This document shows, in pieces, positions 17,201-23,744 of a DNA stretch of 32,000 nucleotides (positions are counted from its first letter, which is position 1; each line of letters begins with the position of its first letter). The stretch spans positions 4,170,001 through 4,202,000 of the forward strand of contig NZ_CP074694.1 in NCBI RefSeq assembly GCF_018398935.1, in the 5' to 3' direction. The translations under genes and the position numbers were made by a program. Under the pieces are notes generated by a model. The model was given only the letters and a program-made list of their open reading frames with translations. It searched no databases and was not told the origin of the DNA. Origin of the DNA: Telmatocola sphagniphila. Lineage in GTDB: Bacteria; Planctomycetota; Planctomycetia; Gemmatales; Gemmataceae.

Positions 17201-17485
17201 ACCCCAGGCGTGATTGACCCAGTACTTCTCAGGCTGCCCGTAGCCGAACGGATCGTTCCCGAAGGAGTAGTTGCCCTCGGAGAGCAATCGGCCCGCGGAT
17301 AGATATTGCCAGAAATCCGAATTCCGTACGGCGAAGGACGCGATGAGAAACGCCAGCCCGAGCGTCATGGCGGTCAGCAACATATCCCAGGCGCTGTAGA
17401 ACCAGGGAGTGGCCGCTGGGACTGGGATCGGAGCGGTAACGGGTGTCTTCGCCGATTCGGGCGATGGGGAAGCTGGTTCGCTCAT
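14294..17485 (-). CDS. large polytopic membrane protein (about 11-12 TM helices) with a C-terminal alpha-helical/TPR-like domain of about 670 aa; function unknown
   Basis: 1063 aa. Pro/Ser-rich N-terminus. Hydrophobic helices run from about aa 36 to 392. TPR-like repeats include 'MAKLGLMALDAGHNQEALRFFEKSLKP', 'LSTLYFRSGQVEEAYQVLGELQKS' and 'YYYLARAYAP'. The coding call is strong; the function is not assigned. Confidence 0.7.
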   Translation of the reverse strand: MSEPASPSPESAKTPVTAPIPVPAATPWFYSAWDMLLTAMTLGLAFLIASFAVRNSDFWQYLSAGRLLSEGNYSFGNDPFGYGQPEKYWVNHAWGFDWIIYQLYSKAGAPALVMLKALGIALMAGIVFLTARKGQPLWLFAVCTSLGILIAGPRLLLQPTLFSMAGVAATVVILLRVDSTKWKFLFPVIFCLWANVDQWFILGPAILLLLFIGDLLKKSGRQSGIAMIVSSLACLVNPHHYHVWQIPAELTSETLREVLTLPEYRAFFRGLLDDGVLSFNLQSGVVPQTLAFILLTLMTLIGFLTNLRRLHLGHVFILVLLFVVALRFARALPFLGMAMAPIAAHYLAMTADRLRTATLDENTRRSLRTARLGGRFITTILMAGLLFASWPGWLHVNWDIPQRAQRVAWEIEVDNGLERAALQLKEWRDSGKIPPEVRSFIFSPDFSYYCDWFCPGERHYFDFRFTHNLDIVENYVAAVMTTRPTVSADFQLVLSDFNLKAFFEKLNVGFVAWSSGSREENLRGLSLLLRVNYPKNRPDSPMYQFWDTKGRVNFLGFNAQSSLAPEKYAAMRFDPVRQAFTGDTSIPMSTEPVTVPTPVTFWEDYHQRPRKFSSYVDEAANLVEFQLAQFEKAYSISQNACVISALLSNGLSGALLREALLTGRVVPPLPHNSNLLATPLLAVRAARRAILENPDAPDGYYYLARAYAPNEGGLDTTEELRGWMVGTGYHRALARTTPQEQHRRRQVNYYGAAERLYGLHISRNEYDLAVEAYELMLKSFWIDPPVNLRTDKERQEFYTHLQNDIRFPSREGQQIHPRDFIKKIEDRYENLTRDNHVNDPYDRGMIAASPPGENRPYFGLIREAINEFQKVDWDKETFAKRINGLLFLSTLYFRSGQVEEAYQVLGELQKSDELMKNPQFQIAYIPLFIQAKFVQGELDDAINSQRNFLSEMLKLEGARLEIPLKILPPEVWEIAMSLTFQPSGNFVSMLQLSYFSAIQKQRNLLVIESEIMAKLGLMALDAGHNQEALRFFEKSLKPRAGVGVEFPSKAIVKRYLSAMNSVK

Positions 17486-17587
17486 GGAATCCTGCAGCAG
17501 ATGTCGCGATTCGGGCGTATTTAGATTCTACGGATCGAAAGCGGACTTAGCTCGCGCTGCAGGCCGCGGATTTCCGCGAAAAAAAGC

Positions 17588-18562
17588 TCAATCCCCGGCG
17601 GGATGCTTTACGGCCGGGGCTGGATTCAACAGGCTCTTCTCCAAGACCTTGCGGGCTTGGTCGAATTCCGGCTGCCAGATGATTTCCGGGGACTGATGAA
17701 GCATGCAATCCCGGAGTTTTTCAAGCGTATTTAAAGCCATGTGCGGACATTTGTTGCACGCACAGGTGATTCCGGGCACCGGATGATAGCGGTGCTGGGC
17801 AAACCGGCTTTGCAGCTGCCACATCATATTCGCCTCGGTAGCCACCAGGAAGTCCACCGGCTCTTTAAAGGATCCGACGTACTTGATCATTGCCTCGGTT
17901 CCGCCGATGAAGTCCGCATGTTCGAGGATGTTCGCCGGGCATTCGGGGTGAGCAAGCGTCTTTCCCGCCGGCATCTGCTTTTTGAGCTTGAGGAGATCCT
18001 GCACACTGAAGATTTCGTGCACCATGCACGAGCCATTCCACAGGATCATCTGTCGACCGGTCACTTCCGAGAGGTATCTTCCCAGATGACGGTCGGGCAC
18101 GAACAGAATCTCGTATTCGGAGGGGACGCGCCGGATGATCTCCTCGGCATTTCCCGAAGTAACCACCCAATCTGAGAGAGCTTTTACCGCCGCCGAACTG
18201 TTGATATAAGTGACCGTCTGAAATTTATGGCCGTTTTCCCGCAGCATTTCCTGATATCGGTGCAGTTTATCGGCCGGGCAGGAATCGCTGAGGGAGCAAC
18301 CTGCTTTCATGTCGGGAAGAAGAACTTTTTTCGACGGGTTGAGCATCTTGGCCGTCTCGGCCATGAAGTGAACGCCGCAGAATACGATGACAGGCGATTC
18401 GACTTTGGTAGCTTCACGGGCCAGCTTCAGGCTATCGCCGGTGATATCGGCCAGCTCCTGAATCTCACCTTCCTGATAATAGTGGGCGAGAATGGTGGCC
18501 CCGAGTTGTTTCTTGAGGGACTGAATTTCCGCAACGACGTCTTCCGCGATGGCTACGCTCAT
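17588..18562 (-). CDS. nadA: quinolinate synthase
   Basis: Contains 'ILAHYYQ', '[16 protein letters not shown]', 'TYINSSA', 'LAHPECP' and 'CACNKCPHM'. ATG 18562 (MSVAIAED) is preferred: it has an AAGGA site 9 nt upstream and a perfect minus-strand TATAAT at 18621..18626. The longest ORF reaches 18607. Confidence 0.9.
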   Translation of the reverse strand: MSVAIAEDVVAEIQSLKKQLGATILAHYYQEGEIQELADITGDSLKLAREATKVESPVIVFCGVHFMAETAKMLNPSKKVLLPDMKAGCSLSDSCPADKLHRYQEMLRENGHKFQTVTYINSSAAVKALSDWVVTSGNAEEIIRRVPSEYEILFVPDRHLGRYLSEVTGRQMILWNGSCMVHEIFSVQDLLKLKKQMPAGKTLAHPECPANILEHADFIGGTEAMIKYVGSFKEPVDFLVATEANMMWQLQSRFAQHRYHPVPGITCACNKCPHMALNTLEKLRDCMLHQSPEIIWQPEFDQARKVLEKSLLNPAPAVKHPAGD

Positions 18563-18861
18563 GATTTGAATTCCTTGTTTTTCAAGTGGCGGAGGAATAA
18601 CCCACAACGCTCTTCTGGTAATTATAGGGGATCTGGCGAACGAAGGAAAATTCGCCTTTCTCCCAGACCCCCAGCCAGAAAGTTTCCAAGAAAAATTATC
18701 CGTCTATCGTCCCGGGAGACTTGAGAAATTCACCTTTATTTTTTTCCCGGAGCCTGCTATGGCCTGAATTCGTTGAGCAGACTCCGCAAGGGGAGGTCCG
18801 GGGGAAAAGGACCTGTCCCAAACTGTTTTTATTGCAATGAGCTGCTTTCGGGGGACAGAAG

Positions 18862-20523
18862 ATGGGACTGATAAACCTCATTCTGATTGGCGCGTTATTT
18901 TCGCCTTGTGATGCACCCGCTCAACCGGAAGTTGATGTCGTGAGTGATCGGGAAATAGCGATTCCCATTCAGTTCGACCCCAAACAAAAAGCCGAGATCA
19001 AGGAAATGATCCAATACGTTTCCCGCGACGGGAAACGTTGGGAACAATATGCGGTGACCAAGCCGACTCAGAATTCGGTCACTTATAAGGCTCCCGAGGA
19101 CGGCCAGTACTGGTTCCAGATGGTCATCGTTGACCAGAAGGGGAATCGTTCTCCCGAGGATCATACCAAGCCAGAAGCGGCGGCGGCTGCCAAGCGTATC
19201 ACCGTCGATACCAAGCCGCCGATCATTAACATTCGCTCCGCCGAGAAAGTCGGTAACGACGTCACGGTCTCCTGGGAAATTCAGGAAGAGAATCCGGATT
19301 TGACGAAATTCTCTCTCGAATACAAGGGGACTGACGGCGTCTGGTATCCGATCCAGGATATCAAACCACTTCTGTCATCGAGTGCTCGCTTTCAGATTAG
19401 CACGAATGAAAAACTTTCCGTTCGCGTCCGGTTGACGGACCTGGCGGGCAATCCGGGGGAACAAGTCAAGGATGTGGCCGGAAGCGGAAGCTCCGTTTCC
19501 GCCACTACTATGAGCTTGTCGAATACCGGGGATAGCAAAACGCCGGTAAATCTGATTCCGAACAACAAGCTCTCGCTGCCGGGGGAAGGTGGACCATCTT
19601 TGAAGGAATTGGCACCGCCAGTTAACTCTATACCCGCGATGCCGATTGCTACCCCGCTGGATCTGCCTACGAAAACCGATTACTCTCCCGTCGGTTCGGT
19701 AGGTCCCACGGCCAATGCCAATGCTGCCCCCCTGGGTTCGAATACACTGGCTCCTCTCAAGACTCCTAACGCCGGTTATACGGGAGCCCCAATACCGACC
19801 GCGCAGATCATGAATATTTCCAAGTTCGATCTGGGTTACGAAGTGGAAGGAACTGGAGCATCGGGCGTCAGCCGGGCGGAACTCTGGGTCACGCGCGACG
19901 ATGGAAAAACCTGGTTACGCTGGGCCATTTCGGACAAAGTCGACGGCAAGTTCCCGGTGAATCTCGAGAAGATCGAAAATCGGACCAATCCTCTGGTCGA
20001 AGGCATGTACGGCTTCAAAATCGTGCTAGCCAGCGGCGCGGGACTGACCAAGGGCGCACCTCTTTCCGGTGAGATACCGGAAATTCGAGTCGACGTGGAT
20101 ACGACACCGCCGGTTCTGAAATTGTTTGAACCGCTGCCCGATCCGAATCAGCGCCACACGATGATTTTGAAATGGCATGCAGCCGATCGCAACCTCGCCG
20201 CGGAACCGATTACCATTGAATGGTCGAAAAATGCCGATGGTCCCTGGACCTCGGTAGCGGCCGATACTACGAACGACGAATTGATTACGACTTCTTCAGT
20301 GATACCCATCGCTCAAGCGAAGCGGATGGCCAACACTGGAAGCTACGCCTGGAAACTGCCCGCGAATTTCCCGCACGATAAAATCTATCTGCGGATTTGC
20401 GCACGCGATACCGCAGGCAACATTGCGGAAGTCAAAACTCCCGAGGCCGTGCTGATAGATCAGAGCCGACCGAACGCTCGCATCATTGGTATCGTGGGAA
20501 CTTCGGCGAGCGACAAACGCTAA
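18862..20523 (+). CDS. secreted repeat protein: two copies of a two-domain Ig-like/Asp-box-like module separated by a P/S/T/N-rich linker; function unknown
   Basis: 553 aa. Hydrophobic N-terminus 'MGLINLILIGALFSPCDAPAQ'. Four beta-rich units carry 'S/T-x-D-G-x-x-W' ('SRDGKRW', 'GTDGVWY', 'TRDDGKTW', 'NADGPWT') and 'D-x-x-G-N' ('DQKGN', 'DLAGN', 'DTAGN'). Domain boundaries are 'VDTKPPIINI', 'VDVDTTPPVLKL', 'IDQSRPNARI'. Confidence 0.7.
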   Translation: MGLINLILIGALFSPCDAPAQPEVDVVSDREIAIPIQFDPKQKAEIKEMIQYVSRDGKRWEQYAVTKPTQNSVTYKAPEDGQYWFQMVIVDQKGNRSPEDHTKPEAAAAAKRITVDTKPPIINIRSAEKVGNDVTVSWEIQEENPDLTKFSLEYKGTDGVWYPIQDIKPLLSSSARFQISTNEKLSVRVRLTDLAGNPGEQVKDVAGSGSSVSATTMSLSNTGDSKTPVNLIPNNKLSLPGEGGPSLKELAPPVNSIPAMPIATPLDLPTKTDYSPVGSVGPTANANAAPLGSNTLAPLKTPNAGYTGAPIPTAQIMNISKFDLGYEVEGTGASGVSRAELWVTRDDGKTWLRWAISDKVDGKFPVNLEKIENRTNPLVEGMYGFKIVLASGAGLTKGAPLSGEIPEIRVDVDTTPPVLKLFEPLPDPNQRHTMILKWHAADRNLAAEPITIEWSKNADGPWTSVAADTTNDELITTSSVIPIAQAKRMANTGSYAWKLPANFPHDKIYLRICARDTAGNIAEVKTPEAVLIDQSRPNARIIGIVGTSASDKR

Positions 20524-20552
20524 TGCGATTGAAATGAAGTGGTTAAACTATG

Positions 20553-20578
20553 GGGAATCTTCGGATTCCCTTTTTTTT
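20553..20578 (+). terminator. rho-independent terminator
   Basis: 'gggaatc' (20553..20559), ttcg tetraloop, 'gattccc' (20564..20570), then T8 (20571..20578). It lies 30 nt after the stop of the 553-aa gene. Confidence 0.75.
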
Positions 20579-20590
20579 ATGCGCGGAAAC

Positions 20591-21478
20591 TCATTTCGCG
20601 GTGATTGCAAAGATCGTCGGCCCCCACGAACTCTGGCCGACGCAGCGGATGCCCGAGCGACGAAGACTTGCTATTTTCTCCGTAATTCCGGGTGTCGAAT
20701 AGCGCCCGCCCTGCACGGACGCGAATATTTCTCCCACACGGGAGTTGTATTCGTAAACTGCTTCTCCGAAAGTCTGAAGATCCCCGGACGCGATCCCCGG
20801 CAGAATCCCCAGTACAATCAGTCGACAAAGCCGATTGATTTCCTCTGAATCCGGGCCTGAATTTTTCTGCAGTTGGCGGAAAGCATCACGCTCCCGCTGA
20901 CCGAACCACGTACTGCTGTCGCTAGGAGTGTGCAAGGTGACCTCCCAATCCGTCGGAAAGTCGTGTTGAGCGATCCGGGGCGAGAGGCACATGCCGGGAA
21001 GTTTTCCCCCCTCGACGATCAACCCGCCACAATCGAATCCATGCACGCCTATGGCGGATCTTTCGCCCCGACCAATTCTCTGGGCCAGTTCCACCGAGCT
21101 CAGTTGTAATCCGATTTCGAGAGAGATCGCTTTGGACACGCTCAGCCCCAGCGCGGTGCCAACTCCGAGGCCGGTGTGCTCCGGCGGACACTGGTCCACA
21201 ACAATTGAAAATGGGGAAGCTAAATCCGGGGGAAGAGCTTTCGCGAACTGCTGGGCGAAACTAAGTGCTCGCTCTGCGCATGGCCCCTGGGACTGCCAAG
21301 TATCCGAGCGTTGTACCCGAACGACAATCGCGGGATCGTCGATCATCAGCCCGACGCCTCCAAACTGTCTTAGCGGCAGGCCGGTCTCGCCATCCAACCC
21401 GGGCCAATGAGAGTTGTTTCCCTGCGGAATCTGTAATAGACCGAAGTGAAGCCGGGTACGAGCCTGCCAGCGCGTCAT
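20591..21478 (-). CDS. GHMP-kinase-fold protein, likely beta-ribofuranosylaminobenzene 5'-phosphate (beta-RFAP) synthase of methanopterin biosynthesis
   Basis: 295 aa. GHMP-type glycine loop 'PPEHTGLGVGTALGLSVSKAI' is of the H-T-G-L-G-x-G-T kind I associate with beta-RFAP synthases. The start overlaps the stop of the upstream DUF447-like gene by 4 nt (ATGA). Confidence 0.6.
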   Translation of the reverse strand: MTRWQARTRLHFGLLQIPQGNNSHWPGLDGETGLPLRQFGGVGLMIDDPAIVVRVQRSDTWQSQGPCAERALSFAQQFAKALPPDLASPFSIVVDQCPPEHTGLGVGTALGLSVSKAISLEIGLQLSSVELAQRIGRGERSAIGVHGFDCGGLIVEGGKLPGMCLSPRIAQHDFPTDWEVTLHTPSDSSTWFGQRERDAFRQLQKNSGPDSEEINRLCRLIVLGILPGIASGDLQTFGEAVYEYNSRVGEIFASVQGGRYSTPGITEKIASLRRSGIRCVGQSSWGPTIFAITAK

Positions 21479-22035
21479 GGCGACTCCTTCACGAAATCCT
21501 GAAGGAATTGCATGGCCTCGATTTCCCGCTCCCCGCCGGTTTTATTCACCCAGACGATCAGCTTGGCATACTCCTGCAAAACGGCATCTTTCCCCGTGAG
21601 ATGGAGTCGGGTAGCGAGTATGGCCGCTTCGATCACCGCATGCTTCGCCCGATTGAAGCCCCAGAAATCCCGGAACCAATGTTTCGTGACCACCCGCGCC
21701 AGAATGTGAACCCGTTCGTGGGACTCATCGAGGGATTCCACCTGAAACTCGTAGGCTCGGCAGGCCGACCTACGCATAAGAAACCCCTCGATTTGGATGG
21801 CCCTTTCCATCTCGGGAAGCTGCGCCTGGCCCACTGCGGCTTGAGCCAGCAACAATACGTCGTCGACGACATGCAGGACTCCCTGCCCCTGTCGCCTCAA
21901 ATTCTGGAATGTATGAGAGGATGGGAAAGGTCGAAGTAGCAGACTTTCAAACTCGCCCAGGATCTTGGGACCCATGGGAGCGAGATGGGGCGTTCCATCG
22001 GCATTAATCGTCGTTACCAGCCCTTCGAGAATCAT
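21475..22035 (-). CDS. DUF447-like FMN-binding split-barrel protein (H4MPT-cluster associated)
   Basis: 186 aa. The N-terminus 'MILEGLVTTINADGTPHLAPMGP' and 'HTFQNLRRQGQGVLHVVDD' match my recollection of the DUF447 family. It is translationally coupled to the beta-RFAP synthase-like gene. Confidence 0.55.
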   Translation of the reverse strand: MILEGLVTTINADGTPHLAPMGPKILGEFESLLLRPFPSSHTFQNLRRQGQGVLHVVDDVLLLAQAAVGQAQLPEMERAIQIEGFLMRRSACRAYEFQVESLDESHERVHILARVVTKHWFRDFWGFNRAKHAVIEAAILATRLHLTGKDAVLQEYAKLIVWVNKTGGEREIEAMQFLQDFVKESP

Positions 22036-22344
22036 GCCTACATTGTATATGTTTCGATTTTAGCGTTAAAAAAGTCCTAACTCGGAGAGAGGGTTTGCGG
22101 CTGTGGAATTGGATGAGAACCGTGGTCCTTTTCCTTCAGAACGAATTCCATCGGAAAAAATAGGCGATTGAAACGGGGCGAAACAGACTGAAAATGAACG
22201 GAAACTTGTTTTTGTTCACCTAAATTAAATGGACGTGGGCGAGATCGGTAATTCCTTGCTACTTATGGATCTCGATGCATCGTCGGAGTATGCGGAAGTG
22301 CATACCATATCTGTCCAACTTCTCACTCTCCAGGAGATATATCC

Positions 22345-23652
22345 ATGGCAGTAGCGCCGGTTCCCCAGCGTTCGATAGCGGAAGCCTCATTATTTTCGGC
22401 ATCCCCAGTTTATCGGATGGCCTGTCAGCAACTCGAAGCGGTTCCGAACATCATCGATGTCGATCCTGGAATCATTCTGAGACTGAGCCTTCCGAAGCGA
22501 TCTATGATCGTCAATATTCCCATCCGAATGGACGATGGCTCCACCCAATGCTTCGTCGGTTATCGGGTGCAGCACTCACTCACGAGTGGTGCATCGAAAG
22601 GGGGACTGCGTTACAATGCCCAGGTCGATATCGGCGAAGTGGCGGCCCTGGCCATGTGGATGAGTTGGAAGTGCGGCATCATGAATTTACCGTTCTCCGG
22701 TGCCAAAGGGGGAATCGCCGTCGACCCGGCCAAGCTGAGCCGCGGCGAACTGGAACGACTGACCCGCCGCTACACGGAGGAAATTTTGTCGATCATCGGG
22801 CCGCGCATCGATGTCATGGCTCCCGATATGGGCACCGATGAACAGACGATGGCCTGGATCATGGACACTTACTCCATGAAGATTGGTTATGCCTGCCCTG
22901 AAATTGTGACTGGCAAACCCGTTGAACTGGGTGGCTGCGTGGGCAGACGGGAAGCGACGGGCCGTGGCGTTACCTACTGCATCATTGAAGCCCTCGACGA
23001 ATTGAAAATACCGATAACGGAGGCGACCGCCGTAGTTCAAGGGTACGGGAACGTCGGAAGCATCGTAGCGCAGGAGTTGTTCCAACGCGGGGTGAAGATC
23101 ATCGCCCTCGGCGATCGTTATGGTTCCATACGCAATGAAAAAGGCATCGACATTCATACTTTGAATAAGTATGTCGCACTGCCCAGCAACGAGCGCAAAA
23201 CGATCGTCGGTTTCAGTGAAGCCGAACCGATCAAGAATGAAGAGCTACTGACTCAGCCCTGCACCATCCTGGCGCCTTGCGCCCTGGAGCGCGTTCTCAA
23301 CGCAGAGAATGCTTCTAAAGTGCAATGCAAAATTTTGGCCGAAGGAGCCAACGGACCGACCACACCGGAAGCGGACAAGATCCTCAGCGACGCAGGTGTT
23401 TACATCATCCCAGATATCCTCTGCAATGCAGGTGGCGTAACAGTCAGCTACTTCGAATGGGTGCAGGATCTACAGCAATATTTCTGGGACGAGGAGCAAG
23501 TAAACGCCAAGTTGAAAGAGCTGATGCTGCGTTCCTTCCGAAAGGTACGCAAGCTAGCCACAGAAAAGAAAGTCTCCATGCGCTTGGCAGCCCTTTCGTT
23601 GGGCGTGCTCAAAGTGGCGACCGAAAAACAAAAACGAGGTCTCTACCCGTAG
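22345..23652 (+). CDS. Glu/Leu/Phe/Val dehydrogenase family: glutamate dehydrogenase
   Basis: 435 aa. Contains 'GYRVQHSLTSGASKGGLRY', 'EVAALAMWMSWKCGIMNLPFSGAKGGI' (catalytic Lys box), Rossmann 'VQGYGNVGS' and 'NAGGVTVSYFEWVQ'. GGAG site upstream. Confidence 0.9.
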   Translation: MAVAPVPQRSIAEASLFSASPVYRMACQQLEAVPNIIDVDPGIILRLSLPKRSMIVNIPIRMDDGSTQCFVGYRVQHSLTSGASKGGLRYNAQVDIGEVAALAMWMSWKCGIMNLPFSGAKGGIAVDPAKLSRGELERLTRRYTEEILSIIGPRIDVMAPDMGTDEQTMAWIMDTYSMKIGYACPEIVTGKPVELGGCVGRREATGRGVTYCIIEALDELKIPITEATAVVQGYGNVGSIVAQELFQRGVKIIALGDRYGSIRNEKGIDIHTLNKYVALPSNERKTIVGFSEAEPIKNEELLTQPCTILAPCALERVLNAENASKVQCKILAEGANGPTTPEADKILSDAGVYIIPDILCNAGGVTVSYFEWVQDLQQYFWDEEQVNAKLKELMLRSFRKVRKLATEKKVSMRLAALSLGVLKVATEKQKRGLYP

Positions 23653-23682
23653 GCGGCCGTTTCTCATCAACCCCTTTTGCGA

Positions 23683-23708
23683 ATTGGGGCGGTCACATCC
23701 GCCCCAAT
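23683..23708 (+). terminator. putative terminator hairpin after the glutamate dehydrogenase gene
   Basis: Perfect 10-bp stem 'attggggcgg' / 'ccgccccaat' with a 6-nt loop, followed by the T-rich 'ctctttctgg'. It lies 31 nt after the stop. Confidence 0.5.
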
Positions 23709-23744
23709 CTCTTTCTGGCTCCTTAAACCACGGGATCCGTAGCC

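Noticed and set aside
12053-17485. Considered whether the SNF2 ATPase plus neighbours form a phage-defence system (Zorya ZorD-like, DISARM DrmD-like).
   Set aside because: None of the diagnostic partners (MotAB-like ZorAB, DUF1998, PLD nuclease, methyltransferase, nuclease domains) is present. The neighbours are a polytopic/TPR protein, nadA and a Tat-exported phosphatase.
17491-17585. The intergenic region between nadA and the 1063-aa gene has two 8-nt complementary blocks (cctgcagc at 17491..17498, gctgcagg at 17556..17563) and a cgcgga/tccgcg hairpin followed by A7.
   Set aside because: The 8-mers are built on self-complementary PstI sites (CTGCAG), so their complementarity is trivial. 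For the transcribed minus strand the T-run precedes rather than follows the small hairpin, so it is not a canonical terminator.
18563-18861. 299-nt region upstream of nadA, inspected for an NAD+ (nadA-motif) riboswitch or other leader structure. It contains a perfect minus-strand TATAAT (18621..18626) and small hairpins: ggcgaa/ttcgcc (revcomp of 18636..18657, nadA strand) and aggtcc/ggacct (18794..18814, + strand).
   Set aside because: I could not match the leader to the riboswitch consensus from memory. The predicted leader from the TATAAT is only about 50 nt. A covariance-model scan is needed before any claim.
21265-21939. 224-aa plus-strand ORF spanning the junction of the DUF447-like and beta-RFAP-synthase-like genes. 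Likewise, 13934..14443 spans the SNF2 start and the end of the 1063-aa gene, and 22275..22841 overlaps the GDH start out of frame.
   Set aside because: These have no motifs and cross gene boundaries of well-supported genes on the other strand or frame. They are treated as shadow ORFs.
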